64,000 nt of DNA from an uncultured Nitrososphaeraceae archaeon (GCA_963765895.1 CAVXZB010000006.1:33166-97165); one strand, 5' to 3'; shown: positions 49,791 to 62,252, counted from the stretch's first letter. Numbers and translations are program-made. The notes: generated by a model not told the origin, from the sequence alone.

Positions 49791-50302
49791 AAGGTAACCA
49801 AGTTTTTACCAAGTCATGTACAAACTACTTTGATCGATAAAAGAAGCAGTACAGTATTTCCTTCGTATTGTATCGATATATAGATATGAACTTGTCAGTT
49901 ACGACCTACCTACCTACCAACCAACCAATTTTAAATTGTAATGAATAGCTTTAAATCCTAAATCTTAATGAATGGATGTATAGTTCGTAATTCGTAATTA
50001 TAAAATAATTAAGCAAACTATAAATTATAAAAATCTGTCTTCGGATAGGATCCTGTTTGATTGGCTATCTGATAAAATGCTCTTGTTATTCATACCACTA
50101 TTTATTAGCGACATAAACTTTACTATCCTTCAAAGCCTTGTTTGAAAAAGCGAGATATCAGTGAAATCGGAATTTACAGAATTTAATAAAAATAAAAATA
50201 ATATTCAAATAATCAGGATCTCTTTTACTCTCATATTTTCGTTCTGTGCAGCTAACTATTCCAATTTATCAATCTGTACAAAGGATATATTTGGCAGCCT
50301 GA

Positions 50303-51049
50303 CTATGACACTTTTGTAGCAAATTTTACTGAGTCTGTGGTTGAGCCTCTTGTAGCAGCTGCAGCTGCACTTTTGATATTATTTATCTGGATTGTTATAT
50401 CTCCTTTATATGGTTTAGAAAAGGTTATTCTTTCAAATCCACTACCGGCTCGTGGCATTTCATGAGTTTTATTCCAGAGAACATGACCTTTGTTATCATA
50501 AATAGATATATCATAGCTGTCAACAGGCATCAGTCGTTGTAATATTTCTGGCTGATTAAAGCCAACTTCACGACCTTCTCCTGATACATTTGTTTCCGTT
50601 TGTGGAACAGTTTTCGCACTAGCCGGTGGCGCACTTGCATTCAAAAATAGCACTTCCATATCAAAGCCCCTATTAGCAGGTATATTTGGGGACTGCATTG
50701 AGGTGGGATTACTCCATTTTAGTTGAACCCTATAGATGCCATTGTTTGATATCTTCGTCATAATTGGAATGGTTGAATTAGAGTTATTTGCTGATTGTAC
50801 AAGTCCGGAGGTCTTGCTGCTGTTAGTGTTATTGTTACTTAATGCAAATGTATAGTTATTATTTGACTGTGCTAGTATTATGGCGGAAGTAAGTGAAAAT
50901 AGCGATGTTATAATAATTAAAAGCCGTATCGACTTTAATTGACGTAATGGTCTGATAAAACTAAACATTTTATTAAACATTTCATCTTCCGACTTTCTAT
51001 TCGTATCAGTATTGTAAATAACCATAGTAATAATTGGCTTGAATAGCAT
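50303..51049 (-). CDS. Secreted hypothetical protein
   Basis: Signal/TM, N-rich linker, beta-rich C-terminal domain. Confidence 0.7.
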   Translation of the reverse strand: MLFKPIITMVIYNTDTNRKSEDEMFNKMFSFIRPLRQLKSIRLLIIITSLFSLTSAIILAQSNNNYTFALSNNNTNSSKTSGLVQSANNSNSTIPIMTKISNNGIYRVQLKWSNPTSMQSPNIPANRGFDMEVLFLNASAPPASAKTVPQTETNVSGEGREVGFNQPEILQRLMPVDSYDISIYDNKGHVLWNKTHEMPRAGSGFERITFSKPYKGDITIQINNIKSAAAAATRGSTTDSVKFATKVS

Positions 51050-51182
51050 ATAGAGCTTTCAATATTTTACTTGATGGCTTGGCAGAGTAATTATGAACTG
51101 TCCTCATCCTTCCTAGTAACTGAAATCTTTTTTATCCTATGCTGCACACATTGACATGATTTTTACGACTACTCGACTAGTA

Positions 51183-51674
51183 ATGGAGTAATAAAGATAT
51201 TAATATTGATTTGTCCAAGGGACTCTCATCATGGTGTAATACAAATTTTGAATAAGAGATTATGATGAATATATTTCATTTACAAAAACAAGAAATTATC
51301 ACTGGAACGTTGTTAGGCCTAATTTCTGTGAAAGACATAAATTTTTCCAAGAACAGTATGAACAAATAGATGAGATTATAGATGAAGTTGCTGAACGTGC
51401 ACATACTCTTAATGGCAGATCACTTGGTACTCTTGCCGAATTCGTAGAACATGGTTCAATTCAAGAAAGTCCAGGAAAATATCCCGATGAATTGACAATG
51501 ATTTCAAATCTGTTTGCAGACCATGAACAGATAATTAGAAGTTTACGTACAGATGCTAATAGGTGCGAAGAGTATCATGATATAGGCACAAACGACTTTT
51601 TGATTGGTGTTATGGAAAAACATGAAAAGATGGCAGGGATGTTACATGCTCACTTGGACAGAGACAGGGTATAA
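51183..51674 (+). pseudogene. dps: Dps ferritin-like protein, frameshifted N-terminus
   Basis: KTRNYHWNV..F...H..F.EQY..IDEVAER..G..LGT..EKHEK. Confidence 0.85.
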
Positions 51675-51973
51675 TAGCATAATTTTATACATAAATTTAT
51701 CTTCCAACCTTTTTATTATTTAGAACTTGACCTATCTACTACATTTTGTATGTAATTCATCAAATTCATCAACAGAGCCAGGTCTGTCTCAAAATAAACT
51801 TTTAAAATTAGGTATTTGTACTATTACATATGACTATATTATTTTTACAACTGTCTTTAATAATATAGTTATTATTCTTTAATATGACTAAAGGTCTTAA
51901 TTTTCAAAGTTTAGCATACTCTACTACCTATGCTAATTATATCTAATATGTAAAGGATGTCGGTAATTAGGAC

Positions 51974-54850
51974 ATGCGACTACAGGAATATAACAACAAG
52001 AGAAATTTTGGAAAAACACCCGAACCACATGGTAGAGCTAATAAATTTGCTAAAGATGATTCTAGTCGTTTAAAGTTTGTCGTACAAAAGCATCAAGCTA
52101 CAAGACTACATTATGACTTTAGACTAGAAACAGAGGATGGTGTATTAAAGTCATGGGCTGTGCCAAAGGGAATTTCATTAGATCCTAAAGTGAAAAGACT
52201 TGCAGTGTTAACAGAGGATCATCCTTTAGATTACTTAAACTTTGAAGGAGTAATACCTGAAGGAAATTATGGCGCTGGTTCAGTAATAGTATGGGATACC
52301 GGCTACTATGCTGCAGAAGATCCAAAACAAACACTTTCTCAACAATTTATTAGCGGTAAGATCGCATTTAGTTTATTCGGAAAAAAATTAACCGGTAAAT
52401 ACTTCTTAGTAAAGACTACAAGAGAAAATCAATGGTTGCTGATAAAAGGTGCTGACGAATTTGTATCTGCCACTGAAGATTTGGCTATTAGTAGACCAGA
52501 GTCGGTTCTGACCAATAGGACAAATGAAGATTTGAAGGCATATAATAAAGGAAGTACAAGGTCAACGCACATCGCTTTTCAAACATTCCAAAATCCTGGA
52601 AAGCAAACAATCAATCAAGATAATAATAATAAAAGTATAAGTAGAAGTAAAGAAACAGCTGTAACACGACGAAAATTATCGACTGCGAAAGATTCTGAAT
52701 TCCCAACCAGTATAAAGCCGATGTTAGCTACACCAGTCGACAAAGCGTTCGATAGTAAGGAATGGGTCTTCGAAATCAAGTGGGATGGAGTTCGCGCAGT
52801 TCTATTTCATAATAAGAGTAACATGAAAATGCCATTTCTAGAATTGTCGTCTAGAGCTGGAAATTCTATCGCGCACAGATATCCAGAGATCTTGGAATCA
52901 ATCGGCACTATAACATGTAATAGGTCAGTCGTTTTAGATGGTGAAATTGTAGTATTAAATAGACAAGGCTATCCAGATTTTCAAAGCCATCAAAGAAGAA
53001 TGAATGTTGAAAATTACGGTGATATACATACTCTATCTCATCAAATACCCGCAACATATTATTTATTTGATATACTGTATCTTGATGGTAAATCCCTACA
53101 GAACCTAGATTTTATAGAAAGAAGAAAAGTTCTATCAAGCATTATTCAGACAAACTATACAATAAAACTCTCAGAATTCTTTGAAGAAAACGGAATCTCG
53201 TTATATAATAAAATTAAAAGTATAGGTCTTGAGGGTATTATTGCAAAGAAGAAGAATGGTAAATATTCTCAAGGCACAAGATCAAGAGATTGGCTAAAAA
53301 TAAAAGATGTAAAAACTCAAGATAGTGTAGTAATAGGGTATACTAAAGGAGAGGGAAATAGAAAGAATTATTTTGGATCACTGCTGCTCTCTGCATATAA
53401 TGCTCTAACACATCAACAAAGATTTGTAGGTCATACTGGAAGTGGATTTAATTTCGAACAACTTGATAATATTTATACCAAGATAAAAGAAATGATCACA
53501 GATAAATGTCCAATCAAATATGTACCATATACAAATCGAGACCCAATCTGGATAAGACCTGAGCTTGTAGCGGAAATAAAGTATACCGGATGGACAAACG
53601 ATAGGATTATGAGAGCACCTATTTTCATTAGATTTAGAGAAGATAAAAAACCTGAAGAATGCATAATAGAAGATGAAAGGCATGTAGAAGAAGTTGTTGT
53701 TACTAATGCCGATGTTCAGTCGAGAGAGACATTCAAGCAAAAAATGACAGTAAGACCAACTGATAATGATGAACAAAAAAAAGACATGAACATGTCATCA
53801 CATTCTTTATCCTCAACATCCTCATCATCATACAGTGGGTTTTCAAATCTTGGAAAAGTATTCTGGCCAAAAACTAAAGAGCATTCGGAATTAACAAAGG
53901 GAAATTTAATTGAATACTATGATAAGGTCAGCAGATATATTCTTCCACACCTTAAGAATAGGCCTCTTTCATTAAGCAGATATCCTGATGGCGTTGAAGG
54001 CAAACACTTTTACCATAAAAATTGGGATAAGGAAAAACCCACCTATGTGCAGACAATAAAAATATATTCAAAGTCAGCCAATAATACCGTAAATTATCTA
54101 ATTTGTAATAATAAAGATACGTTACTATGGATAGTTAATTTAGGATGTATTGAAATACACCCATGGTATAGTAGAGTGAACGATTTGGATGCTTGCATCA
54201 AAGGAATAAATCGAAAGGAAATGCCCGTAGTTGACGAAGAAAAGTGTGGATTAGGATTCCCAGACTTTATCGTCTTTGATCTAGATCCATACATATATTC
54301 AGGATTTGAACAAGAAGGAAATGGAGCTGCTGCAATAGAACCAGAATACAGTATTAAAGGCTTCAAAGCAGCTGTGAATATAGCATTTCATATGAAAGAT
54401 CTTTTTGATCAGTTAAAGATCAGAAGCTACGTTAAAACGTCCGGTAAAACTGGCCTACACATCTATGTGCCAATTGAACCATCTACTTATACTTATAGCC
54501 AGACCAAAGGGTTTGCTAAGATCATCGGAACATTACTCCTCAAAAGATATCCTGACAAAATTACAATGCAGTGGGATACTGCACAGAGAAAAGGAAAAGT
54601 TTTCTTTGATTATAATCAGAATTCAAAAGGAAAAACGATAGCCTCAGTGTTTTCTGCTAGGCCTACTACTTTAGCAACCATATCTATGCCTGTAAGATGG
54701 GATAAGCTAAATGACATTTACCCTACTGATTATACTATACTCAATGCTCCTGAAATTATAAACAAGTCTACAAATATAGATACTTGGGAAGATATATTGA
54801 ATAATAGACAAGATATAATTAAAATATTGCAAGACCTAGACTTGGGTTAA
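51974..54850 (+). CDS. ligD: DNA ligase D: phosphoesterase + ATP-dependent ligase + primase/polymerase fusion
   Basis: PE: FVVQKHQATRLHYDFRLE, SWAVPKG; LIG: EIKWDG, LDGE, FD, EGIIAK, WLKIK; POL: RYPDG, FDLDP, KTSGKTGLH. Confidence 0.97.
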   Translation: MRLQEYNNKRNFGKTPEPHGRANKFAKDDSSRLKFVVQKHQATRLHYDFRLETEDGVLKSWAVPKGISLDPKVKRLAVLTEDHPLDYLNFEGVIPEGNYGAGSVIVWDTGYYAAEDPKQTLSQQFISGKIAFSLFGKKLTGKYFLVKTTRENQWLLIKGADEFVSATEDLAISRPESVLTNRTNEDLKAYNKGSTRSTHIAFQTFQNPGKQTINQDNNNKSISRSKETAVTRRKLSTAKDSEFPTSIKPMLATPVDKAFDSKEWVFEIKWDGVRAVLFHNKSNMKMPFLELSSRAGNSIAHRYPEILESIGTITCNRSVVLDGEIVVLNRQGYPDFQSHQRRMNVENYGDIHTLSHQIPATYYLFDILYLDGKSLQNLDFIERRKVLSSIIQTNYTIKLSEFFEENGISLYNKIKSIGLEGIIAKKKNGKYSQGTRSRDWLKIKDVKTQDSVVIGYTKGEGNRKNYFGSLLLSAYNALTHQQRFVGHTGSGFNFEQLDNIYTKIKEMITDKCPIKYVPYTNRDPIWIRPELVAEIKYTGWTNDRIMRAPIFIRFREDKKPEECIIEDERHVEEVVVTNADVQSRETFKQKMTVRPTDNDEQKKDMNMSSHSLSSTSSSSYSGFSNLGKVFWPKTKEHSELTKGNLIEYYDKVSRYILPHLKNRPLSLSRYPDGVEGKHFYHKNWDKEKPTYVQTIKIYSKSANNTVNYLICNNKDTLLWIVNLGCIEIHPWYSRVNDLDACIKGINRKEMPVVDEEKCGLGFPDFIVFDLDPYIYSGFEQEGNGAAAIEPEYSIKGFKAAVNIAFHMKDLFDQLKIRSYVKTSGKTGLHIYVPIEPSTYTYSQTKGFAKIIGTLLLKRYPDKITMQWDTAQRKGKVFFDYNQNSKGKTIASVFSARPTTLATISMPVRWDKLNDIYPTDYTILNAPEIINKSTNIDTWEDILNNRQDIIKILQDLDLG

Positions 54851-54985
54851 GTTAACGTCTTGTTGCTGTAATTCACCATATCATACTGGTTCTAACTTAC
54901 CATCCTTTCTATTTCAAATGCAGTCAACAAGTATTCCCTAAGACTAGACTGTAACTGACCCAATCTCCTACTATATTTGTACCTG

Positions 54986-55859
54986 CTAGCACATTTTATT
55001 GGATTCTCTTTTATCGTGTCTCGCGGATTGTTGCAAACTAGCTTTCAAAGCTGCAACTAAATCTTTGGTTTCAGCTATCGGTTCTATTTCTTTCATAGTA
55101 AAGGTTTTGCCCTTTGACTCGGCCTCAATTAACTTTTTCAGTTCTGTTGCATAGGAATCGGAATATAGAGAAATATCAAACTGTTCTGTACCTAAGATTT
55201 TGTACTAGAAGTTGTCCTAGCTCCAGTTCTTTATTATCGATTTTGGCTGGAGTTGCTTCGGAGATCTCTTTGATATCTTCTACAGGTCTTATCTCGTCCA
55301 TATAACGAAGTATGTGCATAACAATACCTCTTTGATAGGCTCTTAAGGCTACAAGATGTTCTTTGTTTTCTCTTAGAGTAACTTTACCTATACATATCTT
55401 GTTATTTTCCTTTAATACTCTTACTAGCAAGCTATATGCCTTGTCTAATGTCGTACTAGTACCTTTCTTGACATCAGGTGCTACGTAATAGCTTTTTTCT
55501 ACAAATATCGGATCAAATTCGTCTAGATTTATGAATTCTTTTACATCAATCGTTCTTGTTGTTTTTAGCTTTATCTTGTCTAAATTTTCCTTTTCTATTA
55601 TAATATATTTATCCTTTATTATTTCATAACCCTTCTTTATTTCTGCGTAAGAGAACTCCTTTTCGTCTATAGGACACCATCTCTTGTATTGAATTTTGTG
55701 ACCATTTGGACATAATTGATTGAAAGAAAATTCTTTATCGTATGTTGCATTATATAATCTTACTGGGATACTTACTAGTCCAAAACTTATACTTCCTTTC
55801 CATAGTGATCTTGGTGTTGAGGATTTGTTCTTCATTCCTTCTTTCTGTTTGGCAGACAA
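54986..55859 (-). CDS. ku: Prokaryotic Ku protein; +1 frameshift at ~55191 (probably artefact)
   Basis: WKGSISFGLVSIPV, KGYE, EKSYYVAP, LRYMDEIR; shifted tail YSDSY..LIEA..DLVAALKASL. Confidence 0.92.
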
Positions 55860-55862
55860 ATA

Positions 55863-56180
55863 TTACTGCCTCATTTTGCTACTAAGGCGTGTATACCGAG
55901 TAGCAATGCCATATGCCAATATGAATAAGCCTACGAATATGAGAATTTCAAATATTAGCTGAGCTTGAGCGGGCGGGACACCATTAACTGTATTCGGTAG
56001 ACCTGTTTGTGGATTCACATTATTTTTGACAACCTGGGTTACATTAATGGAACCAAAGTAAAGAGTACCAGATATCCCGATGACTAGAATGACTACGCCT
56101 ATGGCAACAGCTATTCTCCATCTTTTCTGTGAATGCAAGATACCACCTATAAAATTGCCTTTATTAACTTTATCAGCCAT
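55863..56180 (-). CDS. Two-TM small membrane protein, likely co-transcribed with ku
   Basis: Two hydrophobic segments; stop 3 bp before ku start. Confidence 0.7.
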   Translation of the reverse strand: MADKVNKGNFIGGILHSQKRWRIAVAIGVVILVIGISGTLYFGSINVTQVVKNNVNPQTGLPNTVNGVPPAQAQLIFEILIFVGLFILAYGIATRYTRLSSKMRQ

Positions 56181-56509
56181 AACTTTGTATTACACTACAT
56201 TATACTTTTAAGTTACAAGGTATTTTCTCCGTTGCTAATATCGATCTTTGTGAGATATTAATTTTTTTTAATAGATTTTGTATATATCTAGCATTTACGA
56301 GATGGATACAAAAATCAACATATGAAATAGCAATATATCTAATGTATTAATTTACTTTAACCAGAAATGAATTGATTTCTCAATAAATAATATTTATTAA
56401 GTGTAGTTTTTCACTGGGTAATTAAAGATAACAGAAGCATGCATAATAAATAAACCGCCTATAAAGGCACCACTAGTGATTTACGAAATATACTACCTTT
56501 ATTTGCTGG

Positions 56510-57656
56510 CTACTTAAGCAGGACAGGCTGTGCATCAATACGCACACGAAATAAAGTGTACGGTTTGTTACGTAGATCTCGTCCCATATTGAACTTGGCC
56601 TGTCGATGCAATTGGTTAGCAGTCACATAAAGGTAACCGTCAGTAGCAAGCGATAATGTATCAGGCCATAATAGTCGTGAATCGTGTATTACTGTCTCCC
56701 ATATGCCAGCTCGAGTTCTACGCATAATAGCATTATGCTCGTAATTGGTCGAGTAGATGTTTCCTGACGCATCTGATTCCAGCCCATCAGAAGCGCCTCC
56801 TTTGTCCCCCTCATCAATTATAGTTGTAGCGACCGCTTTATCATCAAGTGAGCGGTCCACTAAGGCATTCGTGTCAACGCTGTAGAGCCTTCTGCTACTT
56901 AGTGGACAGTAATACAAACGGGATCCATCAGAACTTATAGCAATACCATCTGAACCCATACTTGCACCTAGTTTTACAGATCCGTCTGGTTGATGCTCTA
57001 ATAATGGCCTGCCCTCAATCATTGGAAGGAAGGTTTTCAAATCTTCTGGCTTGGTTGAAGGGTGGTCATGAAGCCGGCGCCAGCTAGTGCTTGTGGCCAG
57101 GTCGACAACAATAATTCCATTAGGCCCATTTTCGGCAGAATCGGTGATATATGCGGTGCCTTCTTCGCCACGTCGTAAATCAAAGCGTACATCATTAAGA
57201 TAAGTAGTGGGGAGAGCAATGTATTCTGGGAAGAGAATCTTTTTAACGACCTTATTCGGTACTGAGATCAACGCAGACTAATTTAGGCCCTCCACATTTG
57301 GTTGGCTGGAACATTGGACTACCGGTATCAAGAATCCATAGGCGATCCGCAGAATCAACTACGACGGACTGAACAGATACAAAGGCAGACGCCTGATCAT
57401 TAGGATTGGTTTGATTCATAGCTTGGTCTGGATATGCAATTGCCTTATTGTCACGGATTTCACAAACTGTAAAAGCGACATCATCACCCCATTTTGGAAA
57501 GTTCACAAAAATACGTCCAGAGTGTGAAACAGCCACACCAGTAGGCATCGCATCATTAAAAAGAAAAATTGGCTCCAATTCGCCTAGTGCTTCCTCTACA
57601 GGTAACCTGTCCTTAGCTTGCGTGAGACCTATTGATGATTCTTTTTTTGATGACAT
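56510..57656 (-). pseudogene. Major royal jelly/yellow family beta-propeller; +1 frameshift ~57258 (possibly artefact)
   Basis: PTGVAVS..RIFVNFP, SVQSVVVD..RLWILDTG, AYITDS, DGIA, LWPDT. Confidence 0.85.
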
Positions 57657-58464
57657 TAAAAATATACTATCCTATTCCTTGTTCTGGTACGATGGAATAT
57701 TGTAGTTAATAATGACTGTATCTCCATTATTCATGATTTTAGCTATATGTATTTAAGGTATTCAAATGCTGCTGGTTGACTTCCTGGAAATTCGTAATAT
57801 TAATTTCAACATGCAGTACGATCTCTTTTTTATAGAATAATGAATTATTCTGATTTAACATGAATTTCTCACTTGTATAGTGTTTCAACATAGAATTTTT
57901 CTGTAGCATATCATTTATAACAATTGCATATACGTTCACAAGAGATTTAGGATTAATTATTTGTAAACTGATTTAATTTAATTTAATTTAATTTTTTCAA
58001 TATCATCTAATTTCACGAAGATGATGATATTGTAATCAAAGTGATCACATGAGAATAAAATACTTTTGGGTGAATGTCGTAAAGTAAGAATTTCTACAAT
58101 ACTACTATTCTGCTAAAAATATTATGAAGGGTTATCTCGAGAATATTCAATTCTATAATAAAACAGCCAAGATTTACATGTATCTAGCAAGAAAGTTGAT
58201 AACTTACAGTCCACATAATAATGGTTTTATGAGAAACTAGAAACGAATAATGCAATTATTTAAAAAAGTAATCTAAAATAAGTAATCAATATTTATTGTT
58301 TTGAAGATGATCTATGCATTATTCGAAGTATTTGACCATCGAAGTCAAACAAATGATTAAAATAATCAAAATAAGGACTTTTAGTCTTATTTCATGTAAT
58401 GTTTATCTGTTTAGTATAATTACCAATGATAATATTAATAATTCGGCTCATATTGATGGATAAC

Positions 58465-58820
58465 TGATCCTAATAATCGATGATGATTTTGATATCGTAC
58501 TACTAATTAGGACAAGTATTGAGAAACTTGGCCTTTCTGTAATTTCTTTTACCGATCCATTAGAAGCCTTGAAGGAGTTAGTTTACACTATCGTGATTAC
58601 AATCTTGTGATATCTGATATTAGAATGCTTAATATGAATGGCTATAAGTTTGTTCAGGAACTGAAAAAGATAAAACTTTATTTGAAGATTTGCTTATTAA
58701 TGCGTTTGATTATAGCGATTGTATTTTAAAGGCCTTTTCACATTCATAAATAGAGGGGTTTATTGAAAAGCCTATCTCCTTAAGCGAACTAGGTAGAATG
58801 GTACTTACTTATACTAATTG
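58465..58820 (+). pseudogene. Decayed stand-alone REC response regulator
   Basis: ILIIDDDFDI..FTDPLEAL / LVISDIRMLNMNG / FIEKPISL. Confidence 0.75.
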
Positions 58821-59252
58821 CACCAATATTTCATGTCCTAACTAACCTTGAATCAATTTTGTACATACTTCTCCTATGAATCGTGCAGTATAGGAACTAG
58901 CATAAGTGACAGAGGATACGATACTAGGAAATGCAGAAATTACAAGTTTGCTATTCAGTTAGCAACGGAGATGCAACTTGTGGTACAATATAAATTTATT
59001 AGAAGTCTGTAAGATAAGAAATATGTTCGCCTGGCCAAGGGTTGTCTGCTAATTTTTGCTAGTATTCAAAACTAGAGTATTTTTTAAGGATTGCATTCCT
59101 ATTTGTGCAATGGTCAAAAAGATTCTAGTTGCGAGCGAACAGAATGATACCAATGATCAAAACAATATTTATCTTACATAACCCAAAAGACTGATATTAA
59201 GACGATATTATTTCGTACTTCCTGCCAGAATATTTCTGAAATCAATCTCGTA

Positions 59253-61161
59253 TTATCTGTCTTTAAATGAGGGTCTAGGAAAAGTAATTTTTATTGGATA
59301 TCTAAATGCAGAGTGGATTATGACTAATTCACCTTTATTTAATCTTACAATATTCATTTTTTGTACTTTCGTCTATCATGCTATAGAAAGCAGTAGATAG
59401 TTCAGATAAACCCATCTTTGCAATTATGTGCATTCCTGTACTTTCGTGTAAACTAGGATCTACTGTACTTTTGAACTGCTGAGCAGAAAATAAAATTGTA
59501 CCTCTTGATCTACCAGCAATCACGGTCTTCACAATCTGTTCTCCAACCGGTTTCATTTTACCTGTTGGTTTAGAAATAGGCAAAAATCTATTTATTTCGT
59601 CTATGAAAACCAATACATACCTTGGCTTCTTTTTCTGATTTACTTCCTTGGCTGTACTCCTATCACCTTTGCTTGTAATGATAATTTCATTTGACGAATA
59701 CATTTCATCAATACTTTTCATAACATCTCCTATGACAAATGATTGTTCCTCTACCGTAGAAAGCATGGCTATATCTACAACGAAAATATCATGTGAATTT
59801 ATTTGTCTAATTTCTTTTCCTAAATATTTACTAGTTACCTTTTTGTCAATGAATAAAGAAGATCTTCTAAAACGTTGTATGTGTCCTTGGAAATGTAATA
59901 ACGAGGATTTGTGTGTAATTATTTCCCCAGGATAGTCCCTAAAGTTAAAAAGGTCGGTCCATGTTTTGATGTATCCATGATTATCCTTCTCTATGCTAGA
60001 CGATTTCTTAATTGGCCAGAATTCATAAATATAGTTTATGATCGAAGACAGATTATATCGGGGATCATATATTTCTGAAAAGAGTAATTCTAATCTATCA
60101 TATACATCGTTTAATTCATAAGAATAAGTCTTGGAATTCGATGGAATATGCATTGAATTAGGTCTTCCATCTTTTCCTCGTGGAAGAAAATAGGTCACAT
60201 TGTCAAACGGGGTTAAATCCAGATTAAGCATATGAAAGTACTTTTCTTTTGTCTGTCTTTTTTCTTCATCTTGTATTTCATCTATTTGCAGTAGATCTTT
60301 TTCTTTAGTGTTGAAAATTATTATTGCAAATTCTTGCTCATATTCTTTAAATTTTTGATGTATCGATTGCAGTAAAAAAAGCAGATAAGAAGTTTTTGCA
60401 TTTCCTGAGATCCCTGCTGCATTTGCATGGGCAGTATCAGGACCTACCAAATATGTAACGTCCAAAGAAACTGGAACCTGCTGCCCATTGCTCATTTCTA
60501 TTATTCCAGCAGGGATAGGAAAAATCATTTCTGGTACTCCAAGGGCAAAAGTAACCTCTTCTGTTGTAGAAAATCTAACCGACCTTCCTAATCCTACCGG
60601 CATTCCTGTTGTAGACATACGACTTACAAGCCCTTCGTCCTTGTACTCGGAATTAGCAATAACCACAACCTTTACAACATTTATCCCATATTGAAAATCA
60701 TAATCGCTGGTAGTTGACTTATTGCCAGGTGCCTCATTGGTTACACGATTTAGGAAATCTCTTGATTTGTCAGTTTTATCAAATGAGGCAATACGACCTT
60801 GATCGCTTGCAATTGTTTGTATATCTTGAATTATTCCAATGGTTTTAGTATCCTGTCTCAAATAGTCTATTGTAACAAAGTCAAATGGCCTTACGAATAC
60901 GCCAGGTTTGAGGGCAAACCAGAATGAATCAATAGTATTGAGATGTCTATCAGAAGCAAACGTTATCCCAATTTCTTTTATATCATCGTCATTATTTGAT
61001 TTCGAAGAATTTAGACTACTTGTATTAATAAAACGATTCTTGGTAGTACCATAATTGGTAGCAATATCAATACCACTATTGGTATTGTTACAATTATCTT
61101 GATGATCTTTATCTGCTTGATTATTCATATAAAACTCATTATTTAGTAGCATGTACATCAT
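59253..61161 (-). CDS. HerA/FtsK-superfamily (DUF87-like) ATPase; frameshift in A-run near C-terminus
   Basis: HAS-barrel-like N-terminus, H..AAGISGNAKTS, VFIDEIN, GRSRG, SAQQ; shifted tail LNKGE..HSAFRYPIKITFP. Confidence 0.85.
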
Positions 61162-61409
61162 TCTTCATAAATCTTGTATGGTGACAGTACAAGCCGGAAT
61201 ATATGTGGGTGGCGAATATAGGTAGACTGTTATGTCACTTTAAGTACATACATTCAGTCATTTGGGTCAGTTATTTCAATAATTCAATATTTATTACGCT
61301 AATAGCAATATAAAATGAACAGATTATAATGGAAGTCTAAAAGATTTCATATACCTATAATTCTGATCACATAGATACTTACTTAAATTGTGTGATATAT
61401 TAATAACTT

Positions 61410-62252
61410 ATGAGAATTGTTCAAATATCCGATCTTCATATTGGAGGTTTATTCAAACAGGACATCTTTGATATTCTAGTTGACGAAATAAATAACGAGC
61501 TTCAGCCTGATGTAATTATTGTATCTGGAGATTTAACTGATGATGGTCTGATCTTTCAGTTTGAACAAGCAAGAAGAGAAATTCAAAAATTCAAGTGTTC
61601 TAATCTTATAGTATTTCCAGGCAATCATGATTATAGACACACTGGCTATCTGCTTTTTGAGAAATATTTTCCTAAAGCAATCTCTTCTAATCAAGTCCAT
61701 GAATTTGACGACAGGAAAAATAAAGACACCAAAGTTATATTAACCACAGTCGGTACCGCGGTACCAGATAAGGATGAAGGTGAAGTAGGATACAGACAGA
61801 ATTTATGGCTAAACGATAATTTGGCTAGATATAATAACAGATTTCAAAATAACGGCCAAAGGATAACCAAAATAGTAGCTATGCATCATCATCTAATTTC
61901 TATACCAGATACTGGTTATACAAATGTTGTAGGAATTTCTGATGCTGGAGATGTTTTGAGAACCTGTCTTGAAAACGAAGTTGATTTAGTTATTTGTGGC
62001 CATAAACATAGACCATGGATCTGGAATTTAGGTAATATGAGGATTGTATATGCTGGAACAGCCTGTTCCTGGAGATATCGAGGCATATTCAAAGATACAT
62101 ACAATATTATAGATATCAATAAAAATAATAAAATTAATATTGAAATGAAAGTGGTGGGAGAAAAAAGCATACCGTTATCTGAAGTAGTTAGAAGATATGA
62201 ACCGGAGGCTAAAATCACTAACCTCTCGAGAATTATCACATCAACGGGATGA
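61410..62252 (+). CDS. Calcineurin-like metallophosphoesterase (Icc/CpdA-like)
   Basis: SDLH, GDLTD, GNHD, HH, GHKH. Confidence 0.92.
   Translation: MRIVQISDLHIGGLFKQDIFDILVDEINNELQPDVIIVSGDLTDDGLIFQFEQARREIQKFKCSNLIVFPGNHDYRHTGYLLFEKYFPKAISSNQVHEFDDRKNKDTKVILTTVGTAVPDKDEGEVGYRQNLWLNDNLARYNNRFQNNGQRITKIVAMHHHLISIPDTGYTNVVGISDAGDVLRTCLENEVDLVICGHKHRPWIWNLGNMRIVYAGTACSWRYRGIFKDTYNIIDINKNNKINIEMKVVGEKSIPLSEVVRRYEPEAKITNLSRIITSTG

Noticed and set aside
49903-49928. (ACCT)n(ACCA)n short repeat; also (ATTTA)n at ~57971
   Set aside because: Short simple repeats with no functional evidence
53405-54366. Antisense ORFs within ligD, and similar shadow ORFs throughout the track
   Set aside because: Overlap well-supported genes on the opposite strand and lack motifs
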